Of a DNA stretch of 64,000 bases, positions 19,142 through 27,741 are shown one piece after another. The stretch comes from Bacilli bacterium. GTDB lineage: Bacteria; Bacillota_I; Bacilli_A; JBKEDG01. The notes beneath the pieces were generated by a model. That model was not told the DNA's origin. It saw nothing but the letters and a program-made list of their open reading frames with translations, and made no database searches. Where the stretch lies: assembly GCA_047975285.1 (NCBI GenBank), contig JBKEDG010000061.1, positions 8,808 to 72,807 of the forward strand, in the 5' to 3' direction. Made by a program: the position numbers and the translations under genes. Each line of letters begins with the position of its first letter. The first letter of the stretch is position 1.

Positions 19142-20548
19142 TTAACACACCTCCTTTATTAATATCTTTGATTTCACTAAACTATACATTTTTTCTATAT
19201 CACTTGTTAAATTACGATCAGCATCATAAAATGGTAGTACATCTCTAACTTTATCATAAACTATACTTGTTCTTTCTCCTAATTTAATATTGTCTCTTAA
19301 ATCAATTGCCTGACAAGAACACATTAGCTCAACTCCAAATACATACGCTAATTTTTCTAAAATTTCATTAACTTTCATAGTAACTTGTCTCGAATTGCAA
19401 TCATAGTCATCATATTTTGATTTATACGAGAAAAAATCAGAATTTGAAGGGTTAGCCAGGTGACGAATTTCAGCATCAAGTCCTGAAACACAGTTTGGTA
19501 CAATTGCAAATGCGTGTACTTCATTATCTGGTGAAAGATATCTATTTAAACCTGTAAATCTAGTATCAGACAATTTTATGGTTCTAAAAACACTTGATTT
19601 AGACATATGAGAAAAAATTTGACCTAGCATTTCAACATTTATTGTCCAAGCTATTGAATCATTAGTAGTACTATAATAACCATCCTTATCAATAATTATA
19701 TGAGGAACATAATTTAATCCCATACATACTTTTTTTTCTAAATTATTTAGAATATGTCTTGCTGATCCATGAATATGCGTAATGTCACGATAACTTAGTG
19801 GATCTTGCAAAGCGATTTTTTCGCTAGTGTAAATATAACTACCTTTTAAAATATTATTCATGTTTTTTGCAACCACTAAATTTTCTTCAAATGGACGATG
19901 TTTATAAATTGATTCATCAAGTGGTGTAACATTACCATTTAACCCTTCTAAAGATATAGCTGATATTAAATCTATTGTCTCTAAAAAATCTTTTGAGTTT
20001 TTTACTAAAATACTTACAAGTGCAATATCAAAAACACTTGAATTTTGAATACTGTAAGTATCAATAGAATCAAGTTCCAATATTTGCAGCCTTGATTTTC
20101 TAAAAGCCTCTTTTGCGTCAACAATATCATTTTCATAATTAACTTTACCTACCCCATTCATCGCAAGACACAATGCACATAAATTGTCATGATTACTTTT
20201 ATTCTCGTCTAATACTGGAGTTATTTTATAATTAATCATATTCTCTAAAATTTCAACAGTTTTTCGCGAAATACCTACATTACTATTTATAAGTGAATTA
20301 AGTAATACGACCATAACACTTCTTACATCTAGAGTAGAAATTTTTTTGGAACTCCAATCAAGTTCCACATAACTAGCACCATAATCTTTCATAACTTTGC
20401 TTACATCAAACTTTTTTAGAAATTCTTTTCTTTTTTTCTCTAATCTAATGAATACATTTTCATCAACCTCTAATATAGCTTGATTATTAGCAATTAAATT
20501 CAAATCGTCTACATTTAACATTGTACCATCTAAAATAATTTTCTTCAT
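19142..20548 (-). CDS. second, more divergent HAL/PAL-fold paralogue, also without the Ala-Ser-Gly triad
   Basis: 468 aa; HAL-like N-terminus (MKKIILDGTMLNVDDLNLIANNQAILEV), QDPLSYR and ANPSNSD motifs retained; MIO region reads ENKSNHDNLCALCLAMNGVGKV (no ASG); AGGAGG RBS. Confidence 0.6.
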   Translation of the reverse strand: MKKIILDGTMLNVDDLNLIANNQAILEVDENVFIRLEKKRKEFLKKFDVSKVMKDYGASYVELDWSSKKISTLDVRSVMVVLLNSLINSNVGISRKTVEILENMINYKITPVLDENKSNHDNLCALCLAMNGVGKVNYENDIVDAKEAFRKSRLQILELDSIDTYSIQNSSVFDIALVSILVKNSKDFLETIDLISAISLEGLNGNVTPLDESIYKHRPFEENLVVAKNMNNILKGSYIYTSEKIALQDPLSYRDITHIHGSARHILNNLEKKVCMGLNYVPHIIIDKDGYYSTTNDSIAWTINVEMLGQIFSHMSKSSVFRTIKLSDTRFTGLNRYLSPDNEVHAFAIVPNCVSGLDAEIRHLANPSNSDFFSYKSKYDDYDCNSRQVTMKVNEILEKLAYVFGVELMCSCQAIDLRDNIKLGERTSIVYDKVRDVLPFYDADRNLTSDIEKMYSLVKSKILIKEVC

Positions 20549-20718
20549 AATAACCTCCTACTTTATATACTATACTATTATTATACATCATATATCTCTA
20601 AATTTTGCTTGTTTTGGAAACTATATTGAAATATTGACAGATATTTTTGATAAAGTATAGATAAATACCCTATTTTATGGTAAATTTGTATTATAATATA
20701 TATAAGGGGGGATTTTTT

Positions 20719-22329
20719 ATGAAGAGGATTAATAAAATTGTGTTCGTCCCATCAATAATAATTCTTGGTGGTGCCGCAATACTTGGACTTGTAGACGGTG
20801 AAAGGTTTGGCGAAATAAGTCATGGTGCATTTAGTTTTATCTTATCTAGTTTTGGATGGTTATTTCAAATTGCAGTTATGGCATCAGTATTTGTAGTGCT
20901 ATTTCTTTTTATTTCAAAGGGTAAAATTAGGTTTGGAGGTAAAAATGCTAAACCTAAATTTAGTTTCATGTCTTGGTTTGCCATGTCTCTTACAGGAGGT
21001 ATTGCAACAGGACTAGTTCTTTATGGTGTAAACGAGCCAATTGTTTATGTTGGTAATGTATATGGAGAGATGTCTCATTACGGTATTGCAACAGGAACAA
21101 CTGAAAGTGCAATTTTTGCAATGGGAAGAGTATTCTATAACTGGACATTTCTACCATACGCTACTTACGCACTAGCAGGTGCACTAATGGCTTACCTTTA
21201 TTTTAATAAAGGAACAAAGCTTGCTGTGTCTGAAACACTTAGACCAATTGTTGGTAAACTTGCAGATAATAATTATTTTAACTCTATTGTAAATACTTTA
21301 TCACTTTTGGCAATTGCCTTAGGTCTTGCATCTTCACTTGGTGGTGGACTTACATTTGTAGGTAGTGCTATAGAATTCAAGTATGGAATTTCACAAGGAT
21401 ATGTTCTTTGGGGAGTTATCGCTGCTGTAATTACAATAATCTTTACCTTTGCATCTTACAAAGGTGTAGAAAAAGGAATTAAGATTTTGGCTGATTTTAA
21501 TACAAGAATGTACTTTTTAATTTTACTTATTTTATTTATTGTTGGTCCAACAATTTATATGTTATCACTTTCTTCAACTGGAATGGGTTATTGGCTTGAT
21601 AATTTCTTCTCATGGGGACTTGATTCTGGAAACGTATTTAGTGCAAAAGAAATGACTGCAGGACTAGATGCATCACTTGGTGGAGACGCACTTGTTCAGT
21701 GGTGGACACTATATGACTGGGCTATGTGGATAGCATATGCACCTTTGATGTCAATATTCTTAGCAATGATTGCGTATGGAAGAACAATTAGAGAGTTTTT
21801 AATTGTTAACTGGATTTTACCAGCTACATTTGGAGTAGTATGGTTCACTATCTGGGGAGCAACTGCTATATACTGGCAAAATACAGGCGAAGTTGATTTA
21901 GTAAGTGTTATTAACGAAGGTGGTGCTCTTGCTGCTATGTGGGCATTTGTTGATAATATAAACATTGCAGGATTCAACATTGGAATGATTATTATCCCAA
22001 TAATGATTATTTGCTTAATTGTTTCATTTGCTACTGCTGCCGATGCAATGACTACATCAATTGCCACACTTTGTTCAAAAGATTTAAAGCAAGGTGAAGA
22101 ACCTTCAAGTTTCTTAAAGATTATTTGGGGTGTTATCATCGGAGCTATAGCATTTGTACTAGTTGCAAGCGTTGGTGGTGATCAAGGAGTTGATGGTGTA
22201 AAATATATGGCTGCTGTTGGTGGAGGATTTGTATTAATCATTTTCCTTGTACAAATAATCTCAGCAATCAAAACATTTTTTATGGAAGAATTAACCGAAC
22301 CAGAAGAACCATTAATGCATAATGAGTAA
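20719..22329 (+). CDS. BCCT-family (betaine/carnitine/choline-type) quaternary-amine transporter; start taken at MKRINK (ATG 20719)
   Basis: 12 TM; BCCT signature segment WTLYDWAMWIAYAPLMSIFLAMIAYGRTIREF (compare [32 protein letters not shown]); strong RBS AAGGGGGG 8 nt before the ATG; the track's longer form adds an improbable 14-aa leader. Confidence 0.85.
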   Translation: MKRINKIVFVPSIIILGGAAILGLVDGERFGEISHGAFSFILSSFGWLFQIAVMASVFVVLFLFISKGKIRFGGKNAKPKFSFMSWFAMSLTGGIATGLVLYGVNEPIVYVGNVYGEMSHYGIATGTTESAIFAMGRVFYNWTFLPYATYALAGALMAYLYFNKGTKLAVSETLRPIVGKLADNNYFNSIVNTLSLLAIALGLASSLGGGLTFVGSAIEFKYGISQGYVLWGVIAAVITIIFTFASYKGVEKGIKILADFNTRMYFLILLILFIVGPTIYMLSLSSTGMGYWLDNFFSWGLDSGNVFSAKEMTAGLDASLGGDALVQWWTLYDWAMWIAYAPLMSIFLAMIAYGRTIREFLIVNWILPATFGVVWFTIWGATAIYWQNTGEVDLVSVINEGGALAAMWAFVDNINIAGFNIGMIIIPIMIICLIVSFATAADAMTTSIATLCSKDLKQGEEPSSFLKIIWGVIIGAIAFVLVASVGGDQGVDGVKYMAAVGGGFVLIIFLVQIISAIKTFFMEELTEPEEPLMHNE

Positions 22330-22573
22330 TAAACAAGGTGTTACAATTGACTATAAAAAGTTGTTACTATCTAAACCAGATGGACTATTTGAATTATTTG
22401 CACTTGTATTTTTAATTGCATGCACTTTTGCGTTTTATTTTGCACCACTTACATTTAGCAAAATAGAACCAACAAAAGCAATTATGATGTCAATAGTACC
22501 AGCTTTTATTAGCGGATGGGGACTTTTTACGCTCGTTAGATTAGTAAGATACAAAAAAAAATATACTAAATAA
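22322..22573 (+). CDS. small two-TM membrane protein; ATG overlaps the BCCT stop (ATGAGTAA)
   Basis: 83 aa; two hydrophobic helices (LFELFALVFLIACTFAFYFAPL / IMMSIVPAFISGWGLFTLVRLV), basic C-terminus; no obvious SD; start-stop overlap is compatible with translational coupling. Confidence 0.35.
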   Translation: MSNKQGVTIDYKKLLLSKPDGLFELFALVFLIACTFAFYFAPLTFSKIEPTKAIMMSIVPAFISGWGLFTLVRLVRYKKKYTK

Positions 22574-22734
22574 TAAAAAATAGTCATATATAATTCATAT
22601 GATAAAAAATGATAAAAAGAGGAATATTATGATAACATCAAAATATAATTTATTTTTTAAAAATTGGAACAATTTTACTCAAACCATAATAGTTTGATCT
22701 TTTGTTCTGATAGTTTATAATGTTATTATACTAT

Positions 22735-22774
22735 AACACTTCATAGCTATTTACAGAGCTATGAAGTGTTTTTA
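22735..22774 (+). terminator. perfect 14-bp stem / 8-nt loop hairpin plus T-run in the leader of the APC permease (terminator or attenuator)
   Basis: aacacttcatagct (22735-22748) - atttacag - agctatgaagtgtt (22757-22770) then ttttta; arms are exact reverse complements; lies after a TTGATC-16-TATAAT promoter-like element (22694-22721) and 20 nt before the RBS TAGGAGG. Confidence 0.6.
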
Positions 22775-22792
22775 TATATATAGGAGGTAAAT

Positions 22793-24139
22793 ATGAAAGA
22801 AAACAAAGCAGGTTTGCCACTTGCAGTATCTATGGTTATAGGTATTGTAGTTGGGTCAGGAATATTTTTTAAAAGTGATGATGTTTTATCTAAAGTCAAC
22901 GGTAATTTTTCCCTAGCTATAATTGCTTGGATTATAGGTGCAGTTGCTATGATTTTTGGAGCATTAGTAATTGGAACTTATGCAAGCAAGATAAGTCACG
23001 CAAATGGAATAATTGATTACTATGAATATACATTTGGAAAAAAGAATAAAAAATTAGGCGAATTATTTGGGTATATGATTGGTTCTTATAGCGCAATACT
23101 ATTTTATCCTGCATTAGCAGCAGTCATTAGTTGGGTTGCGGGAATGTACACCACTAGCCTATTCTATAATGGTGATGTATCTAATCACAAATTAACGTGG
23201 ATACTAGCCACTTCATATCTTTTAATCATTTTTTTAATCGCCACATTATCAAAACTACTTAGCGAATATATACAAGTATCTTCCACTATTTTAAAACTAG
23301 TACCAATTACTATTATAGTAATATTTGGAATAATTATAGGTTTTGATAATATTGATAACTTCTCAGCATCAATTAGTAAAAATAGTTCATATAGTTTTTC
23401 ATTTACTGGAGCAGTTATTGCAACTGCATTCTCTTTTGATGGATGGATTATCGCTACTACAATAAATGATCGTCTTAAACATCCAAAGAAAGATTTACCC
23501 CGTGCATTATTAATTGGTACAATATTAATTTTCGCTATGTACATTCTTTATTTTATTGGAATAACTTCAATAGTAGGTGTGCATTCAATTATTAATATAA
23601 AAGATAATGCTGTAGCACTAGCTTTTACTAATATACTAGGAAAAAGTGGTTCTACACTGATACTCATCTTCATAATAATATCTTGTCTAGGCACTGTAAA
23701 TGGATTAATTATTGCAACATCCAGGATATATTATCAGCTTGCAATACGTGGGCACGGTCTATTTCCACACTTAATAAGTAAAATTAATCCTCACACTAAA
23801 ACGCCAGTAATTTCATCACTTATTGGCTTTATAATTTCTCTATTTATGTTATTTGTTTGGTATAGTAATTATAATCCAAATATATTAATAAATAAATTTG
23901 TTGATATAAGTTCATTACCAATTGTATTAAATTATATCTCATTTTCAGTTTTATATATAGCTGCGATGTTCCAATTTAAAGACTTGTCATTAACAAGAAG
24001 ATTTGTATTTCCAATCCTAGCATTATTAGGTGCTAGCATAATTATTTACGGCGGATTTTTAGACGAGTCAATATTTTTATACCTAATAATATCTTTTATA
24101 ATTATATTAACAACGTTGATTTTTTTCAAAAAGACTTAG
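22793..24139 (+). CDS. APC-superfamily amino-acid permease
   Basis: 448 aa, about 12 TM; N-terminal GLPLAVSMVIGIVVGSGIFFKSDDV is the typical APC/AAT helix-1 Gly-rich motif; TAGGAGG RBS. Confidence 0.75.
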   Translation: MKENKAGLPLAVSMVIGIVVGSGIFFKSDDVLSKVNGNFSLAIIAWIIGAVAMIFGALVIGTYASKISHANGIIDYYEYTFGKKNKKLGELFGYMIGSYSAILFYPALAAVISWVAGMYTTSLFYNGDVSNHKLTWILATSYLLIIFLIATLSKLLSEYIQVSSTILKLVPITIIVIFGIIIGFDNIDNFSASISKNSSYSFSFTGAVIATAFSFDGWIIATTINDRLKHPKKDLPRALLIGTILIFAMYILYFIGITSIVGVHSIINIKDNAVALAFTNILGKSGSTLILIFIIISCLGTVNGLIIATSRIYYQLAIRGHGLFPHLISKINPHTKTPVISSLIGFIISLFMLFVWYSNYNPNILINKFVDISSLPIVLNYISFSVLYIAAMFQFKDLSLTRRFVFPILALLGASIIIYGGFLDESIFLYLIISFIIILTTLIFFKKT

Positions 24140-24164
24140 ATTGAAGTATACTTCAATCTTTTTA
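24138..24164 (+). terminator. intrinsic terminator of the permease gene
   Basis: agattgaag-tata-cttcaatct followed by ttttta; 9-bp perfect stem. Confidence 0.6.
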
Positions 24165-24190
24165 TAAAAAAATAACGTCAAATGACGTTA
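24165..24190 (-). terminator. intrinsic terminator of the fab operon, hairpin includes the fabZ stop codon
   Basis: Minus strand AACGUC-AUUU-GACGUU followed by AUUUUUUUAU (plus strand aaaaaaataacgtcaaatgacgtta). Confidence 0.55.
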
Positions 24191-24619
24191 CATAACTGTA
24201 AAAGTAATTAATGCACTAAAGACTTTGTCTCCATCTTTATTCACGGCATTTACTTCTCCTTTTCCAATGCCCATCTTCATTTTAATAAACGTAACTGTAA
24301 TATGTAGTTCGTCATTAGGCATCATTTTTTTTCTAAACTTCACTTTATCAATTCCAGTAAAATATCCTATTTTTCCTTTATTCTCTGCTTTTGACAATAA
24401 TGCAGTTGCTCCTACTTGTGCAGCAGCTTCAACTTGTAAAACTCCCGGCATCACAGGCTCATTTGGAAAGTGTCCTGCAAAAAACCATTTCGAATCATCT
24501 AGATAGACAGTTCCCTTGGCAACGGTCTCAGAAATAATTTCAACCTCATCAATTAACAACATTTCATAGCGATGGGGAATTATATTTTTTATTTGTTCTC
24601 TATTAAGTTTACTCATCAT
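24188..24619 (-). CDS. fabZ: 3-hydroxyacyl-ACP dehydratase
   Basis: 143 aa hot-dog fold; HRYEMLLID ... FFAGHFPNEPVMPGVLQVEAAAQ active-site motif. Confidence 0.92.
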   Translation of the reverse strand: MMSKLNREQIKNIIPHRYEMLLIDEVEIISETVAKGTVYLDDSKWFFAGHFPNEPVMPGVLQVEAAAQVGATALLSKAENKGKIGYFTGIDKVKFRKKMMPNDELHITVTFIKMKMGIGKGEVNAVNKDGDKVFSALITFTVM

Positions 24620-25838
24620 TCCATCTCCTTAATATTATTGAAGCGTTGTGACCACCAAACCCTAATGAATTACTCATTACATACTCTAAATTTGATTTAC
24701 GTGCGATATTGGGTACGTAATCTAGGTCTAATTCTTCATCATTAACTTTATAATTAATAGTAGGAGGAATAAGCTGATCTTGAAGCGATTTTACACATAT
24801 AAGTGCTTCTAAAGCTCCTGCTCCACCAAGCAAATGTCCAGTCATTGATTTAGTACTGCTTACTGGAACTTTTGTATCTGTTCCAAACACTTCCTTTATA
24901 GCTAGAGTTTCATTTAAATCATTTGGACCAGTTGAAGTTCCATGTGCATTTATATAATCAATATCTTTTACATTTAACCCACTTGTTGTAATCGCTTCGC
25001 TCATACATCTTGCTCCACCATTATAATCTGGTGAAGTTATATGAAAGGCGTCACATGTAGAACCATATCCAACTATTTCAGCATAAATCTTAGCATCACG
25101 ATTTTTTGCGTGATCCAAATCTTCTAAAATAAGTGTCACCGCACCTTCTCCAGCTACAAATCCACTTCGTTCTTTATCAAAAGGTATGCTCGCTCGGTTT
25201 GGATCAGTACTAGTGGATAATGCTGTCATATTCATAAAACCACCAATACCGCACTTAGTAATTGGAGCCTCACTACCACCAACAATTGCAATATCAGCAC
25301 GATTGTCCATAATTATACGAAACCCATCAATAACTGCATGAGTACCTGCAGCACACGCTGTTGTAGTTGCAGTACAACTACCTTTTGCACCAAGTAGAAT
25401 TGCAATATTACCTGCAGCCATATTTGAAATTGAAGTTGGTATAAATAGTGGAGAAATTCTCTTAACACCTTTTTCATAGGATTTAATAATATTATCTTCC
25501 ATTGTTTTTAGCCCACCAATACCAGATCCATAAACTGTAGCCAACCTAGTTTCATCGTATTTCGTAAGCCCACTATCCTCAAAAGCCTGCGCTGAAGCAT
25601 ATAAAGCGTAAACAGAAAATAGATCATATCGTTTTAATGTTTTATAATCCAAGTATCTTTTCGGATCAAATTCTTTAACTTCCGCTGCTAATTTTACCTT
25701 AAAATCTTCTGTATCAAATCTAGTTATAGCACCAATTCCATTTACTCCCTCACTAATATTTTTCCAAATTGTATCTACATCATTGCCAACTGGAGTCACT
25801 CCTCCAAGTCCAGTAATAACTACTCTTCTTTTTTTCAT
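24609..25838 (-). CDS. fabF: 3-oxoacyl-ACP synthase II
   Basis: 409 aa; MKKRRVVITGLGGVTPVGN N-terminus, active-site Cys in TTACAAGTHA, His-His (HITSP / GHLLGGAG), C-terminal GFGGHN. Confidence 0.93.
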   Translation of the reverse strand: MKKRRVVITGLGGVTPVGNDVDTIWKNISEGVNGIGAITRFDTEDFKVKLAAEVKEFDPKRYLDYKTLKRYDLFSVYALYASAQAFEDSGLTKYDETRLATVYGSGIGGLKTMEDNIIKSYEKGVKRISPLFIPTSISNMAAGNIAILLGAKGSCTATTTACAAGTHAVIDGFRIIMDNRADIAIVGGSEAPITKCGIGGFMNMTALSTSTDPNRASIPFDKERSGFVAGEGAVTLILEDLDHAKNRDAKIYAEIVGYGSTCDAFHITSPDYNGGARCMSEAITTSGLNVKDIDYINAHGTSTGPNDLNETLAIKEVFGTDTKVPVSSTKSMTGHLLGGAGALEALICVKSLQDQLIPPTINYKVNDEELDLDYVPNIARKSNLEYVMSNSLGFGGHNASIILRRWNDE

Positions 25839-26588
25839 CTACATCACCATTCCACCATCAACATTTATTGCTTGTCCTGTTATATATTTACTCAAGTCAC
25901 TAGCTAAAAATAGTGCTAGGTTTGCAACATCATCAATGCTACCATACTTTTTCATTGGTACAACTGACAAAATACTTTTTTTAACGTCATCTGTTAAAAC
26001 ATCTGTCATATTTGTTTCAATAAACCCAGGACAAATAGCATTACACCTTACTCCTCTACCACCTAATTCTTTTGCAATCGACTTTGTCATCCCTAATATT
26101 CCTGCTTTACTCGCAGAATAATTAACTTGTCCTGCATTTCCAATTTTACCAATCACTGAACTCAAATTTATAATTGAACCTGATCTAGCTTTTGCCATTA
26201 TTGGGTAAACGGATTTAATCATATTAAAACTACCCGTAAGATTTATATTTAATACATCACTAAAATCCTTGGTAGACATTTTTCTAACTAATTTATCATT
26301 TGTAATTCCTGCATTATTAATTAAAATATCAATTTTCCCAAATTCATCAATGGTTTTAGCAATAATTTGTTCACAGTCATCAAATTTACTCACATCTCCC
26401 ATTACTATAATTGCTTTATTTCCAAGTTCCTCAACTTCTTTAGCTAATTCCCTGCATTGTACTTCTTGAGATTCATTAAAATAATTAATAACAACATCAC
26501 TACCATTGCTTGCTAATTTAAGAACAATTCCTCTACCAATACCAGTAGCAGCTCCCGTTACAATGCTAACTTTATTTTTTAACATCAC
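25839..26588 (-). CDS. fabG: 3-oxoacyl-ACP reductase (SDR)
   Basis: 249 aa; TGAATGIGRGI NAD(P)-binding motif, NNAG, catalytic YSASKAG. Confidence 0.92.
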   Translation of the reverse strand: MMLKNKVSIVTGAATGIGRGIVLKLASNGSDVVINYFNESQEVQCRELAKEVEELGNKAIIVMGDVSKFDDCEQIIAKTIDEFGKIDILINNAGITNDKLVRKMSTKDFSDVLNINLTGSFNMIKSVYPIMAKARSGSIINLSSVIGKIGNAGQVNYSASKAGILGMTKSIAKELGGRGVRCNAICPGFIETNMTDVLTDDVKKSILSVVPMKKYGSIDDVANLALFLASDLSKYITGQAINVDGGMVM

Positions 26589-27495
26589 TAACCTCCAACT
26601 TTTCTAATGTTTTATTTAATGATTTTATATCTTCAACATTTAAAACAATCGGTTTAACTTTAAGTTCTCTTCCAATTGTTTTTATAAATGATGAAATAAC
26701 TTTACCTGGCCCAAATTCAATGAAAGTATTGTATCCATCATCTAATAATTGTTTTATATTTTCATAAAATCTAACCGTATTATTCATTTGTTTAACCAAA
26801 ATATCTTTATCTATTTTACCGTAATAATTTCCAGTGTAATTTGACATTACTTTAGTAGCAGGCTCTTTAAATTCATAACAATCTATAACTTTTTTAAACT
26901 CCAGACTTGCATTATCTAAGACCGAAGAATGGAACGCTCCACTTACATTTAATTCCACTAATTTTGCTTCACTTGGAAATCTTTTAACTACTTCTTTAAG
27001 CTTGTTTCTTGCACCACCTATAACAATTTGTGTTTTAGTGTTATAATTACAAATTTCTACATCATCACTAATAATATCTCTAACTTGGTCATAATTTAAA
27101 CCGATTACTGCGTACATTGTACTATCTATATCTTTTACAGCATCATTCATTAAAACTGCACGTTTTTCTACCAAGTTTAGGCAATCTTCAAAAGAAATCG
27201 CACCACTAATAACTAATGCACTATACTCACCTAGTGAAAAACCAAGTGTAGTTTCTGCTTCAATTCCAAATTTTTGCAAAACTAAACAACTAGCAATACT
27301 ATGTGCTAGTATTGCTGGTTGTGTGTTAATAGTTGTGCTTAAGCTATTTTCTGGTCCATTAAAACATAGATTTAATATATTTTTATCAAGTTTATCAAAA
27401 ACTGTCTTGGCACAGTCATAATTTTCGTATAATTCTTTTCCCATTCCAACATACTGAGACCCTTGACCTGAAAAAACAAAAGCAATTTTATTCAT
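26572..27495 (-). CDS. fabD: malonyl-CoA:ACP transacylase; start taken at MNKIAFVFSGQGSQY
   Basis: FSGQGSQY and GFSLGEYSAL (active-site Ser) motifs; ATG at 27495 sits 1 nt after the acpP stop; the track's 6-codon N-terminal extension starts at a TTG. Confidence 0.9.
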   Translation of the reverse strand: MNKIAFVFSGQGSQYVGMGKELYENYDCAKTVFDKLDKNILNLCFNGPENSLSTTINTQPAILAHSIASCLVLQKFGIEAETTLGFSLGEYSALVISGAISFEDCLNLVEKRAVLMNDAVKDIDSTMYAVIGLNYDQVRDIISDDVEICNYNTKTQIVIGGARNKLKEVVKRFPSEAKLVELNVSGAFHSSVLDNASLEFKKVIDCYEFKEPATKVMSNYTGNYYGKIDKDILVKQMNNTVRFYENIKQLLDDGYNTFIEFGPGKVISSFIKTIGRELKVKPIVLNVEDIKSLNKTLEKLEVSDVKK

Positions 27496-27496
27496 T

Positions 27497-27730
27497 TTAC
27501 AATTTACCCTCAATAAATGTTACTACATCGCCTACAGTCTTCAATGTTTTAATTGCCTCTTCTTCAACTTCAACATCGTACTCTTCTTCTAAATTCATTA
27601 CAACTTCCATAACACTTAATGAATCAGCATCAAGGTCTTCAATGATATTTGACTCTAACTTTACATCATTTGCCTCGCACCCTAATTCCTCTACTAAAAT
27701 TTCTGTAACTTTTTCTAATACATTTGTCAT
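27497..27730 (-). CDS. acpP: acyl carrier protein
   Basis: 77 aa, acidic; phosphopantetheine attachment LDADSLSVME (DSL motif). Confidence 0.93.
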   Translation of the reverse strand: MTNVLEKVTEILVEELGCEANDVKLESNIIEDLDADSLSVMEVVMNLEEEYDVEVEEEAIKTLKTVGDVVTFIEGKL

Positions 27731-27741
27731 AATTTCTCCTC

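Noticed and set aside
22629-22697. 22-codon upstream ORF (MITSKYNLFFKNWNNFTQTIIV) with an AAGAGGA RBS in the permease leader, considered as a leader peptide for attenuation
   Set aside because: Its stop overlaps the putative -35 of the promoter that would have to produce the attenuator transcript. It has no run of codons for one regulatory amino acid and no alternative antiterminator pairing that I could find.
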